DNA of 63,658 nt, filler included, from Octopus bimaculoides (GCF_001194135.2; 7 parts of 6 records of this genome joined end to end with filler, not necessarily neighbours in it); one strand, 5' to 3'. Positions 10,651 through 23,225 are shown, counted from the first letter of the whole stretch. The notes: generated by a model not told the origin, from the sequence alone. Made by a program: numbers and translations.

Positions 10651-11234
10651 GGGTTCTCGTCCTTGTGGTTAATAAAGTATCAGTCAAGCTCCTCTCATAA
10701 TTGCTGGCATTGAGCCAGAGAATTCTGCGTATAATAAGTTAAGAATTGATTGATGACTGAAATTATCTACAAGAGCATTTAGAGAGAGAGCAAGTACAGA
10801 TTTGTTTGGAGGCGGATTGCAACTATAATGACGCACGCAGAAAATAAACGCTGGTGAAATGTACTTTTTTTAGGTAGAAATATGATTGAGTCACAACATA
10901 AATATGGGTAATTTTCTGTCTGCCCCGTCACCCAAATTGCTCAGAACAAGCAGTATTTGGGATCTGAGTGATATGCAAGAGGCAGATGATGAGAATTTTT
11001 GAAGACCCTGATATGATCGAGGGCTTTAGCATTTTACTTTAACCATATTTCTTGTAATTATATCAGAAGTTATATATATATTGATGTGTTTTATGTAATA
11101 AGAAAACTAAACTGTCTTAATATATTGTGTAACGTCTTTATCCCTCGCCTCATTTTAATATTGTTTTGTTTCGTTTATCTTTAAATGCTTAGTAGTACCT
11201 GTATTTATTTTATTATATGAATTAATGAGTTTTG

Positions 11235-11545
11235 ACGAAGGCGCATATGGTAGTGAGTTCGATTTCCAGGCTGGGCTGTGTGTTGTCTTCTTGAGCAAGA
11301 CAATTTCCCGTTGCTCCAGTTAACTCAGCTGTAGAGATGAGATGCGACGTCACTTGTGCCAAGTTGTAGCGGTCTTTGCCTTTCCCCTGGGTAACATCAG
11401 TGGCATGGAGAGGGGAGGCTGATATACAAGAGCGACTGCTGGTCTTCCATAAACAACCTTGCTCGGACTTGTGCCTCGGAGGGAAACTTTTTAGGTGCAG
11501 TCTCGTGGTCATTCATGACCGAAGTGAGTCTTTATTCCTTTCAGG
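11235..11545 (+). mobile_element. tRNA-derived SINE family C
   Basis: B-box-like gagttcgatttcc followed by tgtgttgtcttcttgagcaagaca..ttgctccagt.aactcagctg. The same head and core are at 27293-27580; the 3' parts differ. Confidence 0.65.
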
Positions 11546-12419
11546 GGCCTTGGTGACAAAGAATATTGAAACAAATTATCATTACTAGCGGGACCCGTGA
11601 AGTTCCTCACTTGAGGTATAAATTTATAGTTCATCATCACTTTGTTTCATCATGGTAAAGATGTCTTCCCGATTTTGTCTCGGAGATAAGACTGCTTAAA
11701 GCGTAACAATCAAACATCTTTCATTATGCTAAATATTTCGATTGTCTTCGAGTTTGTTCCATAGCTAGGATTGTTAAAAACATAGCACTCGAAGATATAC
11801 CGTGAGAACCAAAATATCATTATTATTGTTGATTTTGCGGTTGGTGTTTGTTGAGGTGTGTTAAAATATTTCCTCTCGCTCCAACTGTTTAAGAAATTTT
11901 TTGCCAAAGTGAATAAAATAGTTTTTCCCAATTATTTACAGCTACGATATTCTTTCGAACTTGGAGTCTACCCCATATCGTTAGAGACAAAAGGTCGGTG
12001 CTTTTTGTTTATAGTAATCTTATTTTCTGACTCTGAATACATTCAAACTAAGAGGGTTTCTTTTTACAGACACGCCCTTAAAAAGATTTCAGATGTATAA
12101 GAAAAAGTATTAAGTTAATTGCGCAGCAAGACTTTAATCTTGAACATGAATAAAAAAGAAAACAATTATATTTTAATAACCAAAAATGGCCAACTCGAAC
12201 ACCTCAAGCGTTTGTCAACAACAACGTCTAGAGTCAACACTTCGCAAAATAAGACATTTCCGTTTCTCTATATGCATTTGACAGCTTCATTAGCACCGTG
12301 AATGCTGAATATGTCTTTTCACAGAGTCTGAACTAACGTGTAAACCATTCACCACGGGAGACAGTGCTTCTCTACCTAACGATAACATATAAGAGCGAAG
12401 AAATTTTTTTTTTCTCATT

Positions 12420-12900
12420 AAAAATGCAGAGGACTTTCAAAAGAGTGCAGAAAGAGATCCTAAAAGTTGTGTGGCAAAACTCCTCTCCATTGGTAGAGCT
12501 TACGGGATGATCTGAGTGGTTTGAAACCGAAAATACAGGCTCGAAGAAGTCGGAGATGTTGAGGTACACACATATCCGTAGTATGCAAGACAAAGAAAAT
12601 AATAGAATAGCATTCAGGCAAGTAGGCAACGATGTATATCTCCTTCCGGATTGTTGTTACCTTTGTATTGCAGTAGAAGTGAATGTCTGCACAGAAGCGA
12701 CGATGTGCAATATATGATTAGAAGGAGTAAAAATGGACTTTAAAGGTGTCACAATAGTCTTATCCGAAATCATGGGGGCATACTGGAACTGTATCCTAAC
12801 GGCGGTTGCAGAAGTGTAGTGCAGAGTCAAATGACTAGTTGTTACAGAAACAAAAACTAAAAAAAAAACTGGTGAGGAGAGCACCAAATCAGTGAGAACA
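12420..12900 (+). mobile_element. Old Tx1/L1-group ORF1 relic
   Basis: LKVVWQN...EWFETENTGSKKSEMLR..P*YARQR aligns loosely with LQAIWKD...EVRFATEDVAKQHSTAKLR..PTYLRRR of the ORF1 at 13897-14223. Multiple stops. Confidence 0.35.
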
Positions 12901-13549
12901 GCAACAGGCTTCATTCTTTTGAGCATCAGGTCACAGTTGTGGATATGGTAGAAGAAGCCACCTCTTATCTGGTCTCGTAAACCAGTGATCAGTCTCCCCA
13001 AAACTCTACTATACGTAGCTCAACTCCATTTTCTTGGGACGATGGAGTAGCACTGCTGGACAAAACTTTCAAACTATCGGACAAGGTGTGAAGTGTTAAA
13101 ACATGAAAAAGACCCCTAGGAAAGCAGCGAACCCAACAAAAACAACCAATTTTTACAGATAATAGTGTTGTATCTGAAAATTTTTTACGACATTTCTGTG
13201 GCCAGGCCGACTGGGCTCTTGCTGAGCTGAGCGGTTAGGCGGGACTTTACATCTTTTGGGGCGAATTTTCAATTTAAATTCTTTCTTTTTTTTTTATTTT
13301 GCAATTTTAAAATTTGCAAAATGTTCTTGGAGAAGAGTGTCAGCTCTTCCTTTCTTTTTGACTTCCCCACCTCTACTGTCAGAAAATAGCCTAAAAAGTT
13401 TTAAAAATTAATTGTCTCCGCCCTCTCCGAGCCTTAAAAGACAGAGAGAGGGATGACTAAAGTCTTGCTAGCACGTGCAACACTGAGCAACAGAAAGCAA
13501 AAGAAGGAAAGAAACGCGAGAAAGAAGAGGAAAAGAGCTAGGAAATTCA

Positions 13550-14577
13550 GCTAATGGACGCTGCTAGTGTCGCAACACCTGTGAATCCAAGCCCTCCCAC
13601 TACCACCACTAACACTCAACACACATTGAACACTCAACAACAACAACAATAACCCAATGCATCAAACAGCCGAAGTTTTGCTTCAATGGCTAAACCTAAA
13701 AATGAATTCATTAATATTTCTGTAGAGTCTCTCAAATACTACAGAAACATGTTAAAAAGATATAGCGAAAGATGTGTTTCGATAAACATACCTCCAGATA
13801 TTATAGACAATACAAACGTACCATAGTTTACAAAACTATATCTTAAAAAAAACAAAACGTTTAGAAACTGCCACAAAGCAAGCAGTTGAAAAATGCTTGC
13901 AAGCCATTTGGAAAGACGTAACATATCTCTCGAGGGGTAAGAAATATGGCACAATTGAAGTCAGATTTGCTACAGAAGACGTAGCAAAACAGCACTCAAC
14001 AGCCAAGTTGAGAAATAATGAACTTGTCCTAGTTCCAACTTACTTGAGACGGCGCATCGCCAAGATAAAAATACTGGAGATACCACTAGAAATGAATGCA
14101 TGCTGGATTGTCGCAGCCATACCCCTCTTCTTGGAAGATAAAATCAGAATCATCCAAGTCGAGAAACAAGGAAAAAACAACTGGACTGCTCAGGAATTGC
14201 AAATAATGGTCCAAATAAACTAAGAGTATTGGAAAAAATTCCCGACCAACTCAACCTTCCAGATGGCACTATGCTGAACGTCACAGTTGAGGGCAGAAGG
14301 CCAAGATGTTATCAATGCGGACAGAATAACCACCTGAAAGCCTTCGGTCCACAACTAAAACAGAAGGAGGGCACTAACCTTTTGATAAAGCAGCACCCAC
14401 ACCACAACAACTAAAGCAACCCCAACTACAAAAGCAACCCTAACAACAAAAGTAAACCCAACAAGAGAAGAAATCCCACGAAAAGAAAGCAGAGAGGGCT
14501 CCAGAAAACACACGACAACTACAACCACGACCACGATCACGTCCACGACGACGACGACGTCCAGCACCAGCACCAGC

Positions 14578-14633
<56 letters not shown>

Positions 14634-14860
14634 CTGCACGAGAGATAATAACGCCAACAACAACAGAGGCGCTGACAACAATCACTATCACAGCGTCTAC
14701 AAAATCACCATAAACGCAGCTCTTGCCAGAGGAACAAAAAACAGAAAATTTCGACCCACTGAAACTACCCCTTCTCGAATCTGACCACTCAGACATGTCG
14801 TGCGGGGAGGCCGACAGAATTAAGTGGACAGGATTCACATGTAAAAGACTAAGAAAAAAA
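13550..14860 (+). pseudogene. Disrupted ORF1 (gag-like): SFASMAK motif, RRM-like region, degenerate CCHC knuckle, Thr-rich tail
   Basis: RSFASMAKPK; SRGKKYGTIEVRFATEDVAK; VTVEGRRPRCYQCGQNNHLKAFGP (CX2CX4H with the last Cys lost). Several stops and frameshifts. Confidence 0.7.
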
Positions 14861-15393
14861 GGCACAACAGTACACCAACAAATACAAAAGCTGTACCCCT
14901 AAAATACACTTAAAATCACCCGAAAACAACAACAACACACCAACACGCTTCCAACACCTTCACCAGCACCACCACTACCAACACCACAGACACAGCCACA
15001 GTACAAGGCACAACAAGGTCGACACAAAAAGTAAACGATAATAACAAAAACACCACAAAACTCACCGCCATAAACACAGACAACACAAACTTACTATTGT
15101 ACATAAAGAAAAATACAGACATCAAAATGACTGACTTTGTTTTCCTCCACGGATAATACACCATCACCACACATACAGATACTTCGAACATGGCAACATA
15201 CATACAGCAACATAAAATCCAAATTTCCACAGGCAGTTGGAGGCTTCAACCCGAAACTGTCCTGGAGCCTCTATAAATCGTTGGCCATGGAGACCACCCC
15301 ATCCCATTTAAGAAGCACGGCATCTGCCCATCTCCCACCCCAAAGTGTTAACGGTAAGTAGTCCCCTCCTCTTTCTCCTTATCAGCCACTCAA

Positions 15394-18300
15394 ATGATAA
15401 TACTCAATGTAGGTTGCATAAATGTACGTGGCCTGGGGTCCTATTCAACGACCTCAGGTCATGAGAAATAGATTTAATAGCCATTACTGAATACAGACTA
15501 GCCGAATCGCGAGCTTTCATACCCATTTTCGATGACTATGAGATCTATGCATCTCTATGTCGGCGGGGAATGGGTGGTGGCGGTACTACGGTATTGTTTC
15601 GGAAAGGTCTGGATCTCAAAATAAGGTCAGTCTTCTTGGACCCCGAAGGTAAGCTGGTGGTCCTGGTGGTGAATGGTAGTAAGGGTGGGGCCTTCAGACT
15701 GGTGGCTGTTCACGCACCGACAGGTGCAGGCCAGCCGGAATACTTCAGGCGTCTGGAGGTCTTCCTGGGTACATCCCTACCTTTAGTGTTGGTGGGTGAT
15801 TTCAATGCCATCATAGATGCACAATTGGATTTCGTGGCGCTAGCCGATAGGAAAGGGGTTGCAAAAGCCTCGAAAACCCGCCCAGAAACTTTCAACTGTC
15901 TGACAGGTACCGACTGGATTTCCCGAATGTGCCAATGTGGACAAGGGCAAACCGCATCGGAACATCCAGATCGTATCTAGATATAGTATTTTGCAGGTCT
16001 TTAGATAGGGATAGTATTAGTTGTCCACAGTTTCAAACAGTTGACTACACAGATCACAAATTGGTGACCTGTAAAGTCGACTTAGATAGCAAACGTAGAC
16101 AGGGTCCCAGCTACTGGAAGCTGAACACGTCACTCTCGACGTGCCAAGCTTACAGAGACCGGATTAAAGAGTTAGTTCAGAAAGCTTTGACGGGAGCAAT
16201 CATCAACAGTAAATGGTGGAATAACCTAAAAAGGGCCATCAAAGAAGACTCAATAAGATTTAGCAATGCTTTAGCTGTAGAAAGAAATAGTTTAGAGGGC
16301 GATTTAGTGAGAAAGCTAGAAGAGGCGCTTAGGAAAGGCAGTGCAACTGACGTTCTGGCAGCAAGGTTGGCCCTCGATGAACACTTCAACGCTAAGCATG
16401 AAGGTTGCATTGTCAGAACTAAGGCACGTACTCTGAGACAAGAGGGAACCAAATGGTAACAAATGGCGCAAAATGGCAACAAAAACACCATTCGATCTAT
16501 GGTGGACCAAAATGGGCGCACAGTAAACGAGTCGGAGCAGATGTGTGGGGCTTTTCAGCAACATTTTGCCGAATTATTCAGGACGAATGGTGGGCCAGAT
16601 TGCAGAATGGATTTCACTGCCTACTTCCATGACTTGCCACGGCTCTCAGCAAGAAATGTGGAGTGTTATGAAATGCCGATAACAGTTGAGGAAATACGGG
16701 TCGAGACAATGGGCTGCATGGAGGGCAAATCGCCGGGATTAGATGGTCTGTCCTACGAGCTTTATTCTAGAATGCCAGACTTGTTTGCAGGTCTCTTGGC
16801 AGATATCTACTACAACTGGCAACAAAATGAAAGAATTCCCAAATCTGTGAGCTGAGGAGCAGTGCTACTGGAGAGAAATGCTCCAAACAATGGGAAGGTA
16901 TTAGATAATTTTAGGCCCATCACTCTGCTTAGTGCAGCTATAAAAATTTTGGCCAAAGTGTTAGTGAAGAAGTTGGCGCTCGTCTCGTCGTGGAGAAACT
17001 GGTTGGAGATGTACAAACATGCGCCGTCCCAAACAGATCCATCCACGCCAAACTCCACTTCATGCGCTACTGATCAATTTAGATCAGTCAAAAGGCTTTG
17101 ATAGGGTTGACTAATATCTGGCAGCTGTTCTCACGGCAGCAGATTTCGGTCCGGTTTTCCGCGGTTGGATCGCTGCCATGTACGGCGACATTTGCTTGGT
17201 AGTCCGGGTGAGTGGTCACCTATCGGAATCATTCAACATTATGCGTTCGGTCCGTTAAGGGCGCCCACTATCATCCCTTCTGTATGTACTGGCCCTCGAG
17301 CCATTACTTCGGAAACTGGAGACGTTTAGAAGCATCTCGTATGAACTAAGATGTGAGAGAGTTGTGTTGGCAACCGCAGTCATAGTGTCAGACGGCAAGC
17401 ATATAGATCTGGTCAGCACTATTGTGGAAGAAAACGAGTAAGTAACAGGAGCAAAGATTAATCCGGAAAAATCGGTGGGCTTGCAGCTCGCCATCTGGAA
17501 AGGCAGATCCATGACGAATGACAGCGTTGTAGGACGTTGGACGGTCGGGCCCGTAAAATTGCTCGGGGTCTGGTTCGGACCCGACCTCCAACTGGAGCGA
17601 GGTGACGAGCAGAGTAGTCAGTCTCACCCAGAAATGGGCCGAGAGAAAGCTATCTTTGAAAGGTGGGGCAGAGGTGCCGAACACATACGTCGCTTCGATC
17701 ATTTACTACCACCTACCGCGTGTCTTGCCCTAGTTCGTACCTGCTCAAACTGGAGCGTTTGTTTTTCCGCCTCTTATAGAAGGGACGGACTCCATTGGTC
17801 AGGCGCTCCATTTGCTGTCAACACCCTACAAACGGTGGGCTGCGTATGCTGTGGCTATTGATGCGTAGACATGCACTGAGGCTACGGCACATCCAGTGTT
17901 TCCTCGACGAAGGTGAGCAAGTGTGGTCGCCGTTTGTCAGACTCGCTTTCCCGCAGCTCGTCTCTTTGAGTGAGCTGCAATCTTGGATCAAGCGTAGACC
18001 GAGGCTGGGCGTCAGGCACATTGAGTATCGTCAGGCGCTCGTGCTCATCAGTCAGTCGGGCAATGCGGTTAGTGGAAGTTCTACTATGGCGTTGTATAGA
18101 GGATTAGTGGAGAAAGGAAACGACGACGTTCTTGGGGAGACTTTAGGCGTTGATGAATTCCAACTCGTCAATCTGTTCCGGAGGACTTTCAGGCCGGGGC
18201 CTATGGATAACTTCCAGAAATCTCTGGCCTGGCAGTGCTACAGTGGGACATTGTCTGTTGAGATAAACTCTACAGGCATGGAAATGCCCTCAGTTGGACC

Positions 18301-18717
18301 TGGTAAAAATGTGTGCAGAGCGACGAAACCGTTCTGCACGCACTTGTCCAGTGTCCGAGCATATCAGATATATGGGTTTATGTCGAATACTTGCTGTCAC
18401 GTGTAGGACGTGTCCGCTTGTCGGATGATTCCATCATGAAGACTGCTCCGCCGCCTTCCTTTAGTCGGCAAAGGAAGGCAACTTTCATCTGTTTCGTGGC
18501 TGTAGCGAAAGAGGTTGTGTGGTGGTCTAGACTGAAAGGGCTGAAGACAAATACTTTTCTCTCTGGTCTACCCCACATCAACTTTTTCAGATACCATCTG
18601 AAGAGGAAAGTGAGGGTTGAGAGAGAAGTGCTGACATCCAGCAATTTTGTTAAAAGGTGGGTGAATGTGGTGAAGATGAACCGTGTCAATGGGCCTACTT
18701 TGAGCATGCGATTTTGA
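15394..18717 (+). pseudogene. Disrupted ORF2: apurinic-like endonuclease, reverse transcriptase, C-terminal zinc finger
   Basis: MIILNVGCINVRGLGS; LVLVGDFNAIID; YLDIVF; TDHKLV; YWKLN; KSPGLDGL; NFRPITLL; GRPLSSLLYVLALEPLLRKL; GAKINPEKS; C..CMQSDETVLHALVQCP; RWVNV. Many frameshifts; the YADD motif is absent at about 17372. Confidence 0.9.
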
Positions 18718-18729
18718 GGTTCCAAGGTT

Positions 18730-18762
<33 letters not shown>

Positions 18763-19029
18763 TAAGAGAGAGAGAGAGAGAGAAAGATGAGGAGAGGGCT
18801 GTTACTCTAATGGTCGTGGCGCATGTAGATTTTTCGTGGGGTTTCTATGAGTAGCTCAGTGTTGCTTGCCCCTTTTAGGCATTTTCTTTGTTATATTTTT
18901 CATTATTATTAACTTTTTACACGACACTTTATGTAACCCCACTTTGTCTTTCATGTTTTGTAACGTCCAATTTTTTTTTGTCGGCTCTTGTGGCTAATAA
19001 AGTAAGGATTATTATTATTATTATTATTG

Positions 19030-19564
19030 AGTGAGAGAGCAGTGCATGCCATCAAATATACGAAGCCAATATACCCATTATGACTACCCGTCTGATAAGG
19101 GTACACCAGGCACATGCATCAGAACCATATGTGCGCGACATGGTGATCTCATATCAAGATAAACAGCGTATGACCTTGCAGATGGGGCCCAGTTAGAATT
19201 TTCTTCAGGTCGAGCAGCACGTCCTACTCAAAAGGTCCTTGAATAAGGTTTGTTTAAGGATGTTGAACAAAACACCCATGTTTCCAAAGGTGAATCATCC
19301 AAACCCCAAAGAATTCCTCTCAACACATGGCTATAATGCTACCCCACTACTTCTGCTCGTGATCAGAGATGCACATATCGTCAGCCACCAAGGGACATGC
19401 TCAACTGGTTAAAGTCAAACAACTGACAAGCAAATCTGTGGTATTGAGCAGAATATTTGCTGCAGGTCATCTTTTATACCAAGACAAAGCAATGTTCATG
19501 ATAACACTTCCAATCAGTTAAGGTCAGAAGTCACGAGAGCCACTGTCTGGTACTGCATCAGAAC

Positions 19565-19567
<3 letters not shown>
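19030..19567 (-). mobile_element. About 540-bp non-coding element bounded by (ATT)n on both sides (unclassified; candidate non-autonomous retroelement)
   Basis: Complex sequence starts and ends sharply at ATT runs, has no long ORF, and lies next to a Dong 3' fragment. Interspersed nature is inferred, not shown within the window. Confidence 0.5.
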
Positions 19568-19603
<36 letters not shown>

Positions 19604-19604
<1 letters not shown>

Positions 19605-19864
19605 GTTCAGTAGTTTTATTTTTATAACGTGCTTTCACTTCACTACCGAGCGCAGCTCTGTGCGCCTTGGGTATGTGCTGTGGTTTGCTGTGGTGCTCTT
19701 ATGTTTACTGTATTGAAAGTGTTTTGCGTAGAATGTGTGCAGTACCCAGTAGTGCAATTTTCTGTATGTTATATATATTTGTAAGTCCTGGTGTTTTTGT
19801 TATGTATTTGTCTGAATATTTTTTATTATACCTAAGGCACCTACTATGATAGGAATTGTTTCTG
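19604..19864 (-). mobile_element. R4/Dong-type LINE 3' fragment (same family as 7824-8211)
   Basis: Reverse complement aligns with about 7945-8211 (gtaggcgcatt/gtaggtgcctt...gcacatacccaaggc.cacagagctgcgctcggtagtg.agtgaaagcacg); cut by a join. Confidence 0.85.
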
Positions 19865-20526
19865 NNNNNNNNNNNNNNNNNNNNNNNNNNNNNNNNNNNN
19901 NNNNNNNNTTAATTAATTAANNNNNNNNNNNNNNNNNNNNNNNNNNNNNNNNNNNNNNNNNNNNTATATATATATATATATATACATATATACACACAGA
20001 CACACACTTGAACGTGTGTGTGTGTGTGTGTGTGTGTGTAATCATACATTTATATGAATACGTGTGTGTATATGTTATGTTGTTATGAATATACATACAT
20101 AAATGTGGAGTTAACTAGAACCTTAATCATGATGGGCAGGTAATTAGGGTTCTTCCCATTTTGTAAATATATATTTCTTGACACGTTTGCCAATCCATTA
20201 ATAATGAGTCGTCAATATTTAACCTGTCATTCATTCGTATATTCACAAATGTGTATCATGTCAATGTTTGACCCGAAATATTTCCATTTATATGAGCTCT
20301 TAACTTGATTAATATTAAGTCAGATGATACCAGTCTATCTTAACTATGAAAAATGAAACATTATGATTATTGTGGTACACACACTTATGATTACTGAGCC
20401 ACCTGAAACAAGAATTAATGATACAAAATGTAAAATTTCCCTTTTATTTTCATGTATTTATGAAATATTGTGTGCGTGTATGTATGTGTGAACATAATTG
20501 TGTGTGTGTGCATGTGTGTGTTATGT

Positions 20527-20569
<43 letters not shown>

Positions 20570-21874
20570 NNNNNNNNNNNNNNNNNNNNNNNNNNNNNNN
20601 NNNNNNNNNNNNNNNNNNNNNNNNNNNNNNNNNNNNNNNNNNNNNNNNNNNNNNNNNNNNNNNNNNNNNNNNNNNNNNNNNNNNNNNNNNNNNNNNNNNN
20701 NNNNNNNNNNNNNNNNNNNNNNNNNNNNNNNNNNNNNNNNNNNNNNNNNNNNNNNNNNNNNNNNNNNNNNNNNNNNNNNNNNNNNNNNNNNNNNNNNNNN
20801 NNNNNNNNNNNNNNNNNNNNNNNNNNNNNNNNNNNNNNNNNNNNNNNNNNNNNNNNNNNNNNNNNNNNNNNNNNNNNNNNNNNNNNNNNNNNNNNNNNNN
20901 NNNNNNNNNNNNNNNNNNNNNNNNNNNNNNNNNNNNNNNNNNNNNNNNNNNNNNNNNNNNNNNNNNNNNNNNNNNNNNNNNNNNNNNNNNNNNNNNNNNN
21001 NNNNNNNNNNNNNNNNNNNNNNNNNNNNNNNNNNNNNNNNNNNNNNNNNNNNNNNNNNNNNNNNNNNNNNNNNNNNNNNNNNNNNNNNNNNNNNNNNNNN
21101 NNNNNNNNNNNNNNNNNNNNNNNNNNNNNNNNNNNNNNNNNNNNNNTATGACTTAATGTTTCGCGGGTGCGTAGGACGCGGTCATCTTCTCAGATAATGG
21201 AAGAGACATCTTTGCTCTCTATTAAGAGGTTGCGTTCTACGCGCTCACAAAAACTTTAAGTCATATGGATCGGAGTAAAAACATATTTAAATTACGCACA
21301 GGCACACTCGCGCACATATGAATGTATGTATGTATACATATTGGTCGATGTAGATCAAATTTGAAAAATTGTGTGGATTAAGATATAGAATATACCAAAT
21401 ATGCATGGAATCTCATGAAGATCCATATGTGATGTTTGTTTATTTAAAAACTAATGCAAAAAAAGAAAGAAACAATCAAACAAACAAAATGAGATAATAT
21501 TATACTTGCATGAATTCTGTTTCCCATTTACTTTACTTCGTAAACAAAAATTGTTATATTTTGCAGGTAGATGTGAATCTTAAATGAAAACATATCATAT
21601 ATCAAGCTGTGAATAATAATGAAACGAAAAAGAAGAAAAGAGATACGAGTAAACAAATGCAAAAAAAAAAAAGACAGTATACTATAGAAACTTCCAGAGC
21701 TGTCTCCACAAGCATGTTATAATGTTATATCATTAAAAAATATCCATATAAATATATAAGCACGTAGTGTTTGCGTCATTTCGCATTTGTTTTTTTTTTG
21801 ACGTCTTGAGTTAATTTGTTTGTTTTCTATTCACGTTATAGCAAAATATTAAAGGCCAACTCATTTATCACACA

Positions 21875-21884
21875 CAGACACACA

Positions 21885-21963
<79 letters not shown>

Positions 21964-22080
21964 GCACAAGTACACACACATAAGTATATACATTTACATA
22001 TGTATATATAGACATATATATATACACATATATATTTATATATGTATATACACATATGTATATACATATACATATATAAA
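21875..22080. repeat. (CA)n followed by a TA-rich microsatellite
   Basis: Direct runs. Confidence 0.9.
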
Positions 22081-22084
22081 TATA

Positions 22085-22349
22085 CAGGGATTAGCATTGA
22101 GTTGCTTCTCCAACATACTGAAAATTTAGAAATAGCAGTCAAAGAACGACTGATTCTAAACTACAAATTTTTATCCAATTAACTAAAGACTTGTTTTGTT
22201 TACGCTTTTCCCTCCGGTTTTTTGTTCTATGTGTGCCATAAATATCGCCATCCGTTTAGAGAAAAATTTGTAGTTTAGAATCAGTAGTTCTTTGACTGCT
22301 ATTTCTAAATTTTCAGTATGTTGGAGAAGCAACTCAATGCTAATCCCTG
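22085..22349. mobile_element. Young Tc1/mariner-type MITE, 265 bp, 88-bp terminal inverted repeats, TA flanks
   Basis: TA-CAGGGATTAGCATTGAGTTGC...AAATTTTT (22085-22172) is the reverse complement of 22262-22349 with one mismatch. TA is present on both sides. Confidence 0.9.
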
Positions 22350-22784
22350 TATATTTATGATGATAAATGGTTTTACCGATAAAGGTTTTTTCATACTGAA
22401 CTACTTGGCAAAATTGTTAATTATTAATTCTATTATTAATTGACGATTCCCTGCCCTTATTCTTGTATATACATATATATGTATATTTATATGCATATAT
22501 ATATGTATCTGTGTGTGTGCAATTTGAACAAAACAAACTGAAAACAGTAGGAGTACATTTCCAGGAAAATAGAGGCATCTGCAGTGGACCTCAGTCATTC
22601 GACTGTGATAATTCACTCATTCCATTAACTGAATTACAAGTGAATGAACGAAACTGCACATTCCACAGACACGTGTTACTCTATGACAATTCGTAGGCTA
22701 AATCTACTTGAAACTGTGAGTCACAAAGCTGTACCTTTTGAATCACTGGTGCGATTCAGTCAACAGGCATACACATATGTATAT

Positions 22785-22971
22785 AGGCGCAAGCGTGGCT
22801 TTGTGGTAAGTATCTTTCTCCTCAGTCACATGGTTCCGGGTTCAGTCTCACTGTGTGGCAATTTAGGCAAGTGTTTTCTACTATAACCTTTGACCGATCA
22901 AAGGGTTGTGAGTAAAGTTAGTTGATGGAAACTGAAATAAGTCTTTGTATACATACATATATGTGCATATA

Positions 22972-23004
<33 letters not shown>

Positions 23005-23225
23005 CTTTGTGCTTATGTTTGTCCCCCGCCATCGTTTGACAACCGGAGTTGGTGTGTTTATGCCCCTGTAACTTATCGTTTCGGTAAAGGGGCCGATAGA
23101 ATAATATAAGTATTTGGCTTATAGAAAAAAAAAACTACCGTGGTTGCTTCGTTCGACTAAAAATTCTTCAAGGGGGTGTCCCAAAATTGCTGCTGTCTAA
23201 TGATTGGTACAAGTTAAAGATAAAA
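22785..23225 (+). mobile_element. tRNA-derived SINE family B (CORE-like centre, internal TA/TG microsatellite)
   Basis: Head ggcgcaagcgtggctttgtggtaag..ttccgggttcagtc, then ggcaatttaggcaagtgttttctactata, microsatellite, and the 3' half tgtcccccgccatcgtttgacaacc... Confidence 0.85.

Larger units (their letters stand above)
13190..19007 (+). mobile_element. Near full-length, inactivated Tx1/L1-group LINE (5' UTR, ORF1, APE-RT-zinc-finger ORF2, 3' UTR with AATAAA at 18996)
   Basis: Ordered ORF1 and ORF2 motifs (see sub-features) span about 5.8 kb on one strand, with (GA)n in the 3' UTR. The 5' boundary is approximate. Confidence 0.88.
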
